Source: Spirochaetia bacterium (GTDB lineage Bacteria; Spirochaetota; Spirochaetia; CADAEX01). Taken from it: a DNA stretch of 64,000 nt. The stretch covers positions 3,312,578-3,376,577 of the forward strand of contig OY764868.1 in NCBI GenBank assembly GCA_963668545.1, given 5' to 3'. Below are positions 1 to 9,399 of this stretch, one piece after another. A program made the position numbers and the translations under genes. Position 1 is the stretch's first letter; the number at the start of each line of letters is the position of its first letter. The notes beneath the pieces are model-generated. The model had not been told where the DNA came from. It searched no databases and saw only the letters and a list, made by a program, of their open reading frames with translations.

Positions 1-47
1 AAAGAAGAAGCACAGGTAAACTGACACAAAAGAGGGAGAATACAGCT

Positions 48-395
48 ATGAAATACAAAGTAACAGAAGAATATGATGATGCCCCGGAAAATCCGATCAG
101 AATTGTAAAGGGGGAAGTTCTTGATTTTATAGAGGAATCTGATCCGGATGGAAACTGGCCGAACTGGATTTTCTGCAGGGGAAACAGAAAAGAAGGCTGG
201 GTACCAAAACAGATCCTTGATATAAAAGGGAAAAAAGCTGTTTCCCTGGAAAATTATACTGCCAGAGAGCATAATCTGATTAAAGGAGAAATCCTTACAG
301 CGGTAAAAGAACTTAATGGGTGGATATGGAGCTGGAAAGAATCAGAACCGGAATCTCCGGGCTGGGCGCCATTGAATCATCTGCAGAAACTGTAA
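48..395 (+). CDS. Cytoplasmic protein with two SH3-like repeats (each ending GW[VA]P...L), hypothetical
   Basis: ORF with an RBS-like gAGGGAGa upstream. Two about 55-aa halves each end in GWVPKQIL or GWAPLNHL, an SH3b-like signature. No signal peptide. Confidence 0.45.
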   Translation: MKYKVTEEYDDAPENPIRIVKGEVLDFIEESDPDGNWPNWIFCRGNRKEGWVPKQILDIKGKKAVSLENYTAREHNLIKGEILTAVKELNGWIWSWKESEPESPGWAPLNHLQKL

Positions 396-471
396 AATCA
401 GCAGTACGTTATCTTAAAACAGATTGCAGATACTATATGGGAAAAACAGAATAATTAAAAAGGAACATTAA

Positions 472-1008
472 ATGGAATCAATTGAAAAAAGAAGAAGTAT
501 AAGAAAATATAAAAATAAAGCTGTTGATAATGAACTGATATTGAAACTGATCAGAAGCGCCTCCCTGGCTCCTTCCGGAAATAATACACAGCCATGGCAT
601 TTTATTGTTGTTGACAATGCCCGACTTAAAGAAAGAATAACAGAAGTATCCCATAACCAGACCTGGATGCTGAGCGCACCTGTTTTTATTGTATGTGTGG
701 CAGATATCAGATCAAGGATCAAAAACAGTGATAATATTTCTCTGAATGAGGACTCCCCGTCTTTTGAATTGAAGAAAATTATCAGGGATACAGCAATATC
801 CATAGAGCATCTGGTACTTGAAGCTGTGGACAACGGGCTGGGGACCTGCTGGGTTGCATGGTACAGGCAGGATGAAATAAGGCCGGTTCTGGGAATACCT
901 GATGATAAATTTGTCGTGGGAATTGTTACTGCCGGTTATGCAGACGAAGCGCCGGGACAGAGGCCGAGAAAAAATATTGAGGAACTGATACACAGGAACA
1001 AATGGTGA
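472..1008 (+). CDS. Nitroreductase family protein (NAD(P)H-flavin oxidoreductase fold)
   Basis: N-terminal RRSIRKY...NTQPWHFIVV motif and a C-terminal CWVAW...G region are typical of the nitroreductase family. RBS AAAGGAA is 6 nt upstream. Confidence 0.8.
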   Translation: MESIEKRRSIRKYKNKAVDNELILKLIRSASLAPSGNNTQPWHFIVVDNARLKERITEVSHNQTWMLSAPVFIVCVADIRSRIKNSDNISLNEDSPSFELKKIIRDTAISIEHLVLEAVDNGLGTCWVAWYRQDEIRPVLGIPDDKFVVGIVTAGYADEAPGQRPRKNIEELIHRNKW

Positions 1009-1027
1009 TACAAATACTGTTTTTCTT

Positions 1028-2074
1028 TTAATGCCTGTTAATAGTTTCAGCAATTTTATCAAAAATCCATGTTTCGGTTTTTAAATTCTTTATATATCCG
1101 CAATGACCCCCATGTTTTTCAACAGTCAGTTCTATGAAAGGATTATCAGCTTCTTTTATTTCCTCAAAATCTTTTGAATCAATAATAGGATCATCTTCTG
1201 CAGTAATAACAGATACCGGTATTTTTATCCCGGCAAAAAAATCCCTCTTCAGGGTATAGCAGCTGAAATAATCTTCAATATTTTTGAATTCAGAATATTT
1301 ACCAAGAAGAACAGCTGTAAGATCCATGCAGCTGTCATATTCGGGAAGTTCTGAAAACCTGTATAAATCAGGGAATACATTCTCTTTTTTCTGCAGGCTC
1401 TTCTTCCACTTCCTGAGAAAATATTTCCTGATAATGAAATACCTGTCTATTCTGGCAGTTGCTGTCAGCGGATTGAGCGGCGGATTTACAGCAAAAACCA
1501 GATTAAGGGAGCTTCCCAGCAGCTCATCACTTCCCGCAAGACTGGCAATACGGAGAGCAAAATTAGCCCCGATGGAAAATCCCGCAATATAGATATCACT
1601 GTCTTTTCCGAAATTTCCTGCAATATATTTAACAGAACTGAAAACCTCATCGATAAGAGTTCCGTAAAAAAGACCTGTATTGAGACTGTGGGAATTGCCA
1701 TGGTCTCTCATGTTAAGCCGGAAAACACTGTATCCGAGCCGGTAAAAAAACCGTCCCCCCTTGACCATATATGAGGAATTTTCACTCCCCTCCCATCCAT
1801 GGATAAGGATCATAAGCTTTTTCTTCCCGGATCCGGACAGATTATTTTTTACAGGGATTGAATCTGTATTTTCTGAATAGAATCCTTCAAGCCGGATACC
1901 GTTTCCTGCATCTATGATTTTTCTGACTGAAGCATGATCAAATTGTTCTTTTTTTTTGTTCTGGAATTTCAGACTGGATACAATAGTCTGCAGAACAGGG
2001 TTTTTTAGATAAAAGGGGGCCCTGAATCTGCCTGCTCCAACTGCCGGTTCAACAACATTATTTACACTTTCCAT
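1028..2074 (-). CDS. Alpha/beta-fold hydrolase, YheT-like
   Basis: 348 aa. Has the LIHGWEGSENSSY motif and GFSIGAN nucleophile elbow (GxSxG) with the layout of YheT/ABHD-type hydrolases. Confidence 0.7.
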   Translation of the reverse strand: MESVNNVVEPAVGAGRFRAPFYLKNPVLQTIVSSLKFQNKKKEQFDHASVRKIIDAGNGIRLEGFYSENTDSIPVKNNLSGSGKKKLMILIHGWEGSENSSYMVKGGRFFYRLGYSVFRLNMRDHGNSHSLNTGLFYGTLIDEVFSSVKYIAGNFGKDSDIYIAGFSIGANFALRIASLAGSDELLGSSLNLVFAVNPPLNPLTATARIDRYFIIRKYFLRKWKKSLQKKENVFPDLYRFSELPEYDSCMDLTAVLLGKYSEFKNIEDYFSCYTLKRDFFAGIKIPVSVITAEDDPIIDSKDFEEIKEADNPFIELTVEKHGGHCGYIKNLKTETWIFDKIAETINRH

Positions 2075-2320
2075 TCCTATCCCTTCTTAATCAAACTGCA
2101 GAGAAAATAATTTTTATCCGCCTCACTGCAGACAATTATCAATTATTCCCGCAGTCAAAGTCAACAGGACTTATCTCCCGGAAAAACTATTTGATTAAAA
2201 ATCACTTAAGATCCTTTATAATGCAATAGCAGACAGAATAATATATATTAATAATCAGGGTTATTATTGCAGGCAGTTAAGTGAAGAAAAAATTATTCAT
2301 AAATATCACAGGAGTTTAAA

Positions 2321-3079
2321 ATGACAGAACTGGAATTGCTTATTGATTTCCATGCTGATGCAGAAAGACAGGGGCCGGGCAGTACCACAGATACGTTGAA
2401 AGCATTGAGCTTTATTGATACAGAGAAAAACAAACCTTTGAAAATTGCAGATATAGGATGCGGCTCAGGAGCCCAGACAATAACTCTTGCACAGAACCTG
2501 GAAGGCAAAATTACTGCAGTCGATTTATTCCCGGAATTTCTTTCAAAGTTAAAAAATAAGGCTGTAAGCATGGGATTGCAGGAAAAAATAGAAACTCTGG
2601 AAAAATCCATGGAAGATCTCCAATTCGGTAAAGAGGAATATGATATCTTATGGGCTGAAGGATCTATTTACAATATTGGATTCGAATCGGGAATAAAAAA
2701 ATGGAAGGATTTTTTAAAAACTGGGGGATTTATAGCTGTAAGTGAGATTACATGGACCACTAAATACAGGCCGGAGGAAATTGATAAACACTGGAAAAAT
2801 GAATATCCTGAAATTGATACCGCATCCGGTAAAATAAGAATACTTGAGGAAAACGGCTTTTCTCCTGCAGGATTCTTCTTTCTGCCGCAAGAGAGCTGGA
2901 TTGAAAATTATTACAGTCCCATGGAAAAGCGCTTTGATCTTTTCCTTGAAAAACACTGTAATTCTGATATAGCAAAGAATATTGTGGAAGGGGAAAAAGA
3001 AGAAATAAGGCTTTATAAAAAGTACAGGGATTATCTGAGTTACGGGTTTTATATTGCAAGAAAAACAGGCTTGAATTAA
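2321..3079 (+). CDS. Class I SAM-dependent methyltransferase
   Basis: Motif I IADIGCGSGAQT. RBS cAGGAGt upstream. Clean 252-aa ORF. Confidence 0.8.
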   Translation: MTELELLIDFHADAERQGPGSTTDTLKALSFIDTEKNKPLKIADIGCGSGAQTITLAQNLEGKITAVDLFPEFLSKLKNKAVSMGLQEKIETLEKSMEDLQFGKEEYDILWAEGSIYNIGFESGIKKWKDFLKTGGFIAVSEITWTTKYRPEEIDKHWKNEYPEIDTASGKIRILEENGFSPAGFFFLPQESWIENYYSPMEKRFDLFLEKHCNSDIAKNIVEGEKEEIRLYKKYRDYLSYGFYIARKTGLN

Positions 3080-3165
3080 ATCAGGGCAACTGCTTTTTAA
3101 AAGATGATAAAAGGCAAAATATCTGCAGAAGAAGACTGAAAATACTGCAGGGAAAAGGGGGAAAT

Positions 3166-3696
3166 ATGGGAAACAGCAAATTTATCATGAATCTTGAATC
3201 CGAAAGATTGCTGCTGCGGAATATTTTACCTGAAGACAGGGATTTCATAATCAGGCTCTGGACAGATCCGGAAGTTACACAATACATGGGCGGACCCCGG
3301 GATATAAGCAGAATGGAGGAAGGGGTTGACAGCAACATCAGGAATCCTTTTCAGGAGGAATATGATCTCTGGGTACTTGTAGAAAAATCCGGCGGAAAGC
3401 CTGTTGGACACTGCGGGCTGCTTTCCAAGGATGTGGAGGGAATTAGCGAAGTTGAGGTAATATATGTTATAAGCAGAGAGTTCTGGGGAAAGGGCTACGC
3501 AACGGAAACTGCAGGGAGCCTTATCAGCTATGCTTTTGAAGAAAAAAAACTTGAAAGCGTTATTGCCTTGATTAAACCCATGAACAGGGCCTCTGAAAAA
3601 GTTGCTGTCAATGCTGGCATGAAACTTGAAAAAGAGGTAACCAGGCTGGATAATATTCAAATGCTGCTTTACAGAAAGAAAAGGAAAGCCTGTTAA
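3166..3696 (+). CDS. GNAT family N-acetyltransferase (RimJ/RimL-like)
   Basis: GNAT motif A region HCGLL...FWGKGYATE. Preceded by a GGGGGAAAT RBS. Confidence 0.8.
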   Translation: MGNSKFIMNLESERLLLRNILPEDRDFIIRLWTDPEVTQYMGGPRDISRMEEGVDSNIRNPFQEEYDLWVLVEKSGGKPVGHCGLLSKDVEGISEVEVIYVISREFWGKGYATETAGSLISYAFEEKKLESVIALIKPMNRASEKVAVNAGMKLEKEVTRLDNIQMLLYRKKRKAC

Positions 3697-3892
3697 AACC
3701 ATAAAAATGCACATATCTTTCTGGAGAACAGGTTATGGAGCTTTCTTCTGCTTCATGGACACTTACACTTTATTCTGTTGCTGAATAAAGATAACAGAAG
3801 TAGAATTATCACAGGCACCTGACAGTGCAGCCAGAATGTTCTGTCAAATAACCTCCATGCTTACACAACAATATTATAAAAAGCGGGATAAT

Positions 3893-4738
3893 ATGAAATA
3901 TATATCAGGAAAGCTGTTTCTGCTTCTTCTTTTTTTACAGTCAATAACTTCTGTTTTTTCTCTTCCAGAGACAATTATACTGGATAAAGATCTGGAAATC
4001 AGGGAGCTTACTGATGAGATATATGTAGTTATTCACAAATTCCCGTGGGCAGGGAATTCACTGCTTGTTTTTATCGGAAAAGATGACCTGGTATTTGTTG
4101 ATACCCCATGCACACCGGAAGCAACTGATATGGTTCTTGACTGGGTTGAAAAAAGATTCGGGGAAAAGAAAATCATTGAGATAAATACCGGCTATCATGT
4201 GGATAATCTTGGCGGCAATCAGGCCCTGTCAGACAGGGGAATTCCCGTTTACGGATCTGAAAAGACTGTACAGTTACTGGATGAAAAAGGGGAGGAGATG
4301 AGAAAACTGATATTGAGCGGACTTGAGGATCCTTCGAATAAAAAATACCATGATGATCATGCCTCAGTTCCATATATCCCTCCTGACCATTTATTCAGCC
4401 TGGATAAAGGCCTCACACTTTCAATAGGGAATGAAAAGGTAAAAGTAATTTTTCCGGGAGAAACCCATGCCCCTGACAATGTGGCTGTATATTTTCCCGG
4501 CAGGAAACTGCTGTTTGGAGGATGCATGATCAGGGCAGGTAAACAGCTGGGAAATACAGCAGATGCAAATCTGGAAACATGGAAAGCATCTGTTATGAAT
4601 CTGAGAGACCTGGACTGTATCTACGTTATCCCCGGACACGGATACCGTTTTGATCCGGGGCTGATTGAAAATACAATAAACATATTCCCCTGTGCTTCCC
4701 ATCAATTGGGAAACAAATCCCGGCAGGCAAGTCAGTAA
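3893..4738 (+). CDS. Secreted subclass B1-like metallo-beta-lactamase fold protein (His116 replaced by Gly)
   Basis: Aligns along its length with BcII-type B1 MBLs (GETHAPDNVAVYFPGRKLLFGGCMIRAGKQLGNTADANLETW...VIPGHG). Signal peptide MKYISGKLFLLLLFLQSITSVFS. The start was moved from the track ORF (3836) to the MKY Met. Confidence 0.7.
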   Translation: MKYISGKLFLLLLFLQSITSVFSLPETIILDKDLEIRELTDEIYVVIHKFPWAGNSLLVFIGKDDLVFVDTPCTPEATDMVLDWVEKRFGEKKIIEINTGYHVDNLGGNQALSDRGIPVYGSEKTVQLLDEKGEEMRKLILSGLEDPSNKKYHDDHASVPYIPPDHLFSLDKGLTLSIGNEKVKVIFPGETHAPDNVAVYFPGRKLLFGGCMIRAGKQLGNTADANLETWKASVMNLRDLDCIYVIPGHGYRFDPGLIENTINIFPCASHQLGNKSRQASQ

Positions 4739-4777
4739 TTCAGCATAACGGGGAAAAGTCAGAAAGGAGCTTAACAA

Positions 4778-5557
4778 GTGAACAGAATACCTGAGAAAGA
4801 ACAGATACAGATTATTTCACTGAATCCGGACAATATTCTTGAATACGGGTTCTGCGGCTATAAAGACTCTTCAAAACACAGAGAGATGATAAAAAAAGCA
4901 GACTGGTACAGCAAATACTATCCCAAAGGGCTGAGGATAGATATCCTGATGTCGCAGAAAGATGGAAGTCAGGGAATGATAGAATACATCCCCGGAGAAT
5001 ATGCACACCGCCCTGTTAAGGCTGACAGCTACATGTTTATTCACTGTATGTTCGTAGGCTACAGGAAGGAATACAAGGGACATGGCTACGGCAGCCTTCT
5101 TATTGAAAACTGCCTTGAAGAATCCAGGAAACTGGGAAAAAACGGAGTTGCTGTTATAACCAGGAAAGGCTCATTCATGGCAAAGAAAGACATCTTTACA
5201 AAGAACGGATTTCAGGTTCTGGAGAAGAAAAATCCCGACTTTGAACTGCTTGCTCTGCAGTTCAAAAAAAACGGAAATACACCGGAATTCCTTGATATAT
5301 CCGCAGACAGGTACAACAACGGGCTCTTTATTCTCCGTTCGCCCCAGTGCCCATATACAGAGAAAAATGTCAGGGCAATAGCTGAAACAGCTGAGAAAAT
5401 GGGACTTAATCCCAAAGTCGTTGATCTGGAGGGGCATGAGGGGGCAAAGTCAAATCCGAGCCCATTCGGAACATTCGCGCTTATTTACAACGGAGAAATT
5501 CTGAGCCATCACCCGGTAAGCGAGACCCGCTTCCGGAACATTATGAAGCAGAAATAG
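4778..5557 (+). CDS. GNAT N-acetyltransferase with YoaP-like C-terminal domain
   Basis: GTG start with an AAAGGAG RBS 7 nt upstream. N-terminal GNAT core (HCMFVGYRKEYKGHGYGSLLIENCL) plus a C-terminal extension resembling B. subtilis YoaP. Confidence 0.65.
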   Translation: MNRIPEKEQIQIISLNPDNILEYGFCGYKDSSKHREMIKKADWYSKYYPKGLRIDILMSQKDGSQGMIEYIPGEYAHRPVKADSYMFIHCMFVGYRKEYKGHGYGSLLIENCLEESRKLGKNGVAVITRKGSFMAKKDIFTKNGFQVLEKKNPDFELLALQFKKNGNTPEFLDISADRYNNGLFILRSPQCPYTEKNVRAIAETAEKMGLNPKVVDLEGHEGAKSNPSPFGTFALIYNGEILSHHPVSETRFRNIMKQK

Positions 5558-5609
5558 GGTCCCGGATCCCCATACCCGGGATTACAGCAATTTATTTTTT
5601 GGAGATAAT

Positions 5610-5986
5610 ATGAAAATAGAACATATTGCAATCTGGGCTGGAGATATTGAAAAACTGAAAACATTTTACATGAAATATTTCGGAGCAGTTTCAAACAGAA
5701 AATACATAAACAGCAGCAAATCTTTTGAATCATATTTCCTGACATTTATCAACGGAACAAGACTTGAGTTAATGAAAATGCCGGATATCACTGAAAACAG
5801 AAACAATCCACATAATCAGAGTCTGGGCCTGATTCATATCGCTTTTTCAGCAGGCAGCAGGCAGACACAGAACAGCTGAGGAATGACGGTTATGAAGTTG
5901 TAAGTGAACCCAGAAATACCGGAGACGGTTATTTTGAAAGCTGCATACTTGATCCGGAGAACAACAGAATTGAAATTACATCATAA
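5610..5986 (+). pseudogene. VOC/glyoxalase-bleomycin resistance family gene interrupted by a -1 frameshift near 5859-5862
   Basis: Frame 0 gives MKIEHIAIWAGD...LIHIAFSAGSRQTQNS*. Frame 2 continues ADTEQLRNDGYEVVSEPRNTGDGYFESCILDPENNRIEITS*, a typical VOC C-terminus. The junction lies in the repeat gcaggcagcaggcagac. Confidence 0.55.
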
Positions 5987-6097
5987 CTTATTTATTGAAA
6001 TATCATTATATATCTCCACAAAGAAAGGGATAATAAAAAAGCGGGAATATTTAAGATACAGGGCTCAGGTTTTCTGCTATTATCTTTTTCAGGAGAC

Positions 6098-6799
6098 ATG
6101 ATTTTGAAAAAAAAAGAATTCAGGATAGATGGAATACCGGCTGTTCTGTACGGGGAAGATTCTGAAAAAATATACATTTTTGTTCACGGAAGATATTCAA
6201 GAAAAGAGGAAGCTCATTTTTTTGCAGAGACTGCAGCGGAATCAGGTTATCAGGTCCTGAGTTTTGACCTGCCGGAGCATGGTGAACGGGAGGGGAGCCA
6301 ATATAAATGCACAGCCGTGAACGGGGTGCATGATCTGGGAATTATTTACTCCTTCATCAGGGAGAGATACAGAAGCATATCCCTCTATGCATGCAGTCTC
6401 GGAGCCTTTTTCAGCCTGACAGCATACAGGAATATTATCCTTGATAACTGCCTTTTTGTTTCCCCGATACTGGATATGGAAAGAATAATCAGCACCATGA
6501 TGCAGTGGGCGGATGTTTCAGAGGATGAGCTGAAGGATAAGGGGGAAATTGATACTTCCTTCGGCGAAAAACTCTCCTGGGATTATTATCAGTATGTCAG
6601 AAACAACCCGGTTGAAAAATGGAACACGAAAACCCATATACTGTACGGGGAAAACGACAGCCTGACAGAAAGATGTGTACTTGATTCATTTTCAGCCAGG
6701 TTTAACTGCAGTAAAGATATCATGGAAGGGGGGGAACATTATTTCCACACCCCTGAACAGCTTGAATACCTTGAAAAATGGATAAGAAAGTTTGTTTAG
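6098..6799 (+). CDS. Alpha/beta hydrolase (dienelactone hydrolase / esterase-like)
   Basis: 233 aa. Nucleophile elbow YACSLGAF. HG motif in IFVHGRYSRKEE. Confidence 0.65.
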   Translation: MILKKKEFRIDGIPAVLYGEDSEKIYIFVHGRYSRKEEAHFFAETAAESGYQVLSFDLPEHGEREGSQYKCTAVNGVHDLGIIYSFIRERYRSISLYACSLGAFFSLTAYRNIILDNCLFVSPILDMERIISTMMQWADVSEDELKDKGEIDTSFGEKLSWDYYQYVRNNPVEKWNTKTHILYGENDSLTERCVLDSFSARFNCSKDIMEGGEHYFHTPEQLEYLEKWIRKFV

Positions 6800-6970
6800 A
6801 AGTTTTCGGGAGACAACATTAAAACAGCTTATACAGACGGGAAAGACAGCGATTTTATCAGCCTGTACAGGCAGCAGGATTCAATTTACCGGAAGTGCAG
6901 TAAAGAAAAGTTACAGGGCCTGCAGTGGGAAAATTTTGAAACAGGGACAGTGTACGGGAGATAAATAAAA

Positions 6971-7975
6971 TCAGTAAACCACAGCCATAAATATCATCAG
7001 GAAAAGGGGCAGAAGCACTATGTAGAGGAGGTATGTCACCAGAAGGACATATGCTGTAAGGTCCTCGTTGACACCGGCATTCATTGCCATAGTGGAAAAA
7101 TTATTTGCCGGAGGTATATGAAATTCAAGGAAAAGAACAAAAACAATGGCACTGTCAGCATTGAGAGGTTTCAGGATGAGAAAGAAAATCAGGTAGAAAA
7201 AAATCGGGACAAGCACATACCTGACTGCAATTACACCTGTCAGGATAAGGTTCATCTGCTTTCTGACAGAGTGGTGAAGCTTTATCCCTGCAATCATTGC
7301 CCCGAGAGTCACAAGAATCAGAGGAGCAAGTATTGTCCCCATTTTTTCAAGAGCTGAAAAAATATAAAGAAACGGCATCCCCGGATTGAAGAAAAAGGGC
7401 TGAAGGCTGAAAAGGGGAATGAAAAGCCCTGCAAGAATCCCGTATACAGGAGGCGACAGCAGGCTTTTTATGCTGAATTTTCTGCTGTGGCTGGATAAAA
7501 AATAATTCCCTACAGACCAGAGCAGCGCGCTGTAGATAAAAAGATATATCCCGATCAGGACAACAGCCTTGTCTCCTCCGAAATATTCCGACAGGAGAGG
7601 CATTGTCATTGGAAATATCTCAATCAGGGAAATAGGGATATACCCGCCGTTGCCGAAAGCCCCGAGCGCAATCCCGGCCCCCTTCTCCCTTTTATCAAGA
7701 GGCAGAATAGAAAAAAACAGAAATGCAAAGAGAACTGCAGCTGCTGTATTGACTACTGCTGCAAGAGGCATATAAAGGGATCCCTTAAGGACGGAAATAT
7801 CAGAGCTGCCCATCTTTGTGAAAAAATAAAGGGGCAGAGCTATCCTGATCAAAAAGGCACTTACAGATTTCTGAAAATGCTGATCAACTATCCCTGACTT
7901 TCTTGCGAAAAACCCTATGCCAAGAAGGACAAGGATCTGTATTGATGTAAAGAATCCCGGCAGCATATATTCCAT
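6971..7975 (-). CDS. AEC (auxin efflux carrier) family transporter
   Basis: 334 aa, about 10 predicted TM helices in two 5-TM halves. N-terminal MEYMLPGFFTSIQILVLLGIGFF is typical of AEC/malate-permease proteins. Confidence 0.75.
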   Translation of the reverse strand: MEYMLPGFFTSIQILVLLGIGFFARKSGIVDQHFQKSVSAFLIRIALPLYFFTKMGSSDISVLKGSLYMPLAAVVNTAAAVLFAFLFFSILPLDKREKGAGIALGAFGNGGYIPISLIEIFPMTMPLLSEYFGGDKAVVLIGIYLFIYSALLWSVGNYFLSSHSRKFSIKSLLSPPVYGILAGLFIPLFSLQPFFFNPGMPFLYIFSALEKMGTILAPLILVTLGAMIAGIKLHHSVRKQMNLILTGVIAVRYVLVPIFFYLIFFLILKPLNADSAIVFVLFLEFHIPPANNFSTMAMNAGVNEDLTAYVLLVTYLLYIVLLPLFLMIFMAVVY

Positions 7976-8284
7976 ATCAGTATAATTATAAGAATATATA
8001 TTACCTCTTTCAATGTGGAAATTATCTTAAAAAAATAAATATTTTAACCGGTAAATAAAACTGGAAGTGATATCCGGTTTTATTGCTAAAAATATAACGG
8101 TTCCGTTATAATGCATGCAGATAATTCTCCTAGGCAGAAAATACCGGTATTTTTAAATTATTGATCATTAACCTGACATTATCTTTTGCATATAATGAAT
8201 ATGCTGATAAAATCAATATTATTGACATTCTGACTGATTACCTAATGAGAATACTATAAAAACATGCTGCGGAAGGAGAACCTG

Positions 8285-8752
8285 ATGTTCGAAAAAATCA
8301 AAAACTGGCTTATTTCTGAATCGGCTGAGTTCAGGGAAGTTCACCATGGAATAACAAAAACCTCGGAGGAATCAGCAAGAGCAAGAGGAGAAGATATCTC
8401 AATCGGAGGAAAAGCACTTGTTCTTAAAACAGGGGAGACTTTCAGCATTTTTGTTTTAAGTGCTGCCGGAAAACTGGATTCCTCAGCTGTAAAAAAGCAT
8501 TTAGGCATTAAAAAAACCCGTTTTGCAAGCAGTGAGGAACTGCTTGGGTTAACAGGGCTTGTTCCGGGATCTGTTCCCCCTTTTGGCAGACCTGTTATAG
8601 ATCTTGATCTTTATGTTGACAATTCAATTGTAAAAAATGAAAAAATTGCATTCAATGCAGGCTCCCTTACAGATTCAATCATCATGTCTACTGAAGACTA
8701 TTTCAGACTGGCAAAGCCTGTGATATTCAGTTTTTCAGATTTAACAGACTGA
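8285..8752 (+). CDS. ybaK: YbaK/ProX-type aminoacyl-tRNA deacylase (Cys-tRNA(Pro) editing domain protein)
   Basis: Conserved ...HH.ITKTSEE.A.ARGEDISIGGKALVLK...GLVPGSVPPFG motifs. GGAAGGAG RBS 6 nt before the ATG at 8285, so the track start at 8264 is probably too far upstream. Confidence 0.8.
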   Translation: MFEKIKNWLISESAEFREVHHGITKTSEESARARGEDISIGGKALVLKTGETFSIFVLSAAGKLDSSAVKKHLGIKKTRFASSEELLGLTGLVPGSVPPFGRPVIDLDLYVDNSIVKNEKIAFNAGSLTDSIIMSTEDYFRLAKPVIFSFSDLTD

Positions 8753-8827
8753 TTTTTTTACAGGATATCACCGCATTGAACAATCAGGCAGATCCTGTGC
8801 AGAGCTGTTTAAAAAGGAAAGAAAATA

Positions 8828-9310
8828 ATGGCGAAAATTCTTGTAAGCTCCTGTCTCCTTGGCTTTAATGTCCGTTATAACGGAAGCTGTATAAATACTG
8901 AAAATAACAGCTTTAAGATACTTGCTGAACAGCATGAAATTATTCCATTCTGCCCTGAAGTCTCAGCAGGGCTTCCCATACCAAGGCCGCCTGCAGAAAT
9001 TACAGGAGGAGAGGGAGAGGATGTATTATCAGGAACAGCAGAGGTTCTTAATAACATAGGGGAAGATGTTACAGAGGCTTTTCTGAACGGGGCAAGGCTG
9101 GCACTTGATAAATGCCTCAGTGAGAATATTTTCCTGGCTGTCCTTGCAGAGCGAAGCCCTTCATGCGGAAGCAGCCTTATATATGACGGCAGCTTCAGAG
9201 GTATGACGAAAGCCGGCAGAGGAGTAACTGCTGCCCTGCTTGAAAAATCAGGTATAAAGGTGTTCAGCCAGGACAATATCTTCTTGTTAATTAAAGATTT
9301 TTCTTCATGA
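8828..9310 (+). CDS. DUF523/TudS-family [4Fe-4S] protein (thiouracil desulfidase-like)
   Basis: MAKILVSSCLLGFNVRYNG...FCPE...SPSCGS has the conserved Cys triad and spacing of DUF523. Confidence 0.7.
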   Translation: MAKILVSSCLLGFNVRYNGSCINTENNSFKILAEQHEIIPFCPEVSAGLPIPRPPAEITGGEGEDVLSGTAEVLNNIGEDVTEAFLNGARLALDKCLSENIFLAVLAERSPSCGSSLIYDGSFRGMTKAGRGVTAALLEKSGIKVFSQDNIFLLIKDFSS

Positions 9311-9399
9311 CTATTCTTAAGAAAAATTCCTGAATTATTTTATTAAATTTGATTTTATACCTCCCTTTTCATATGTTTATTAACAGGGGAAATAAATAT

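Noticed and set aside
468-1062. Antisense ORFs 468..833(-) and 712..1062(-) overlapping the nitroreductase gene, and many similar 60-130-aa antisense ORFs inside larger genes throughout the track
   Set aside because: They lie wholly within well-supported genes on the opposite strand. They have no RBS and low-complexity, unrecognisable products, so they are spurious frames.
6797-6961. In-frame continuation of 54 sense codons after the TAG stop of the alpha/beta hydrolase (…KFV*KFSGDNIKTAYTDGKDSDF…)
   Set aside because: The 233-aa hydrolase already looks complete. The extension has no recognisable homology and could be chance in an AT-rich spacer. It could instead be an ancestral longer ORF or stop-codon readthrough, but I cannot support that.
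7976-8284. 310-nt AT-rich intergenic region between the AEC transporter and ybaK, scanned for tRNA, ncRNA or repeats
   Set aside because: No cloverleaf-compatible segment and no repeats. It contains a perfect TATAAT (8191-8196) with a weak -35. I interpret it as a divergent promoter region only.
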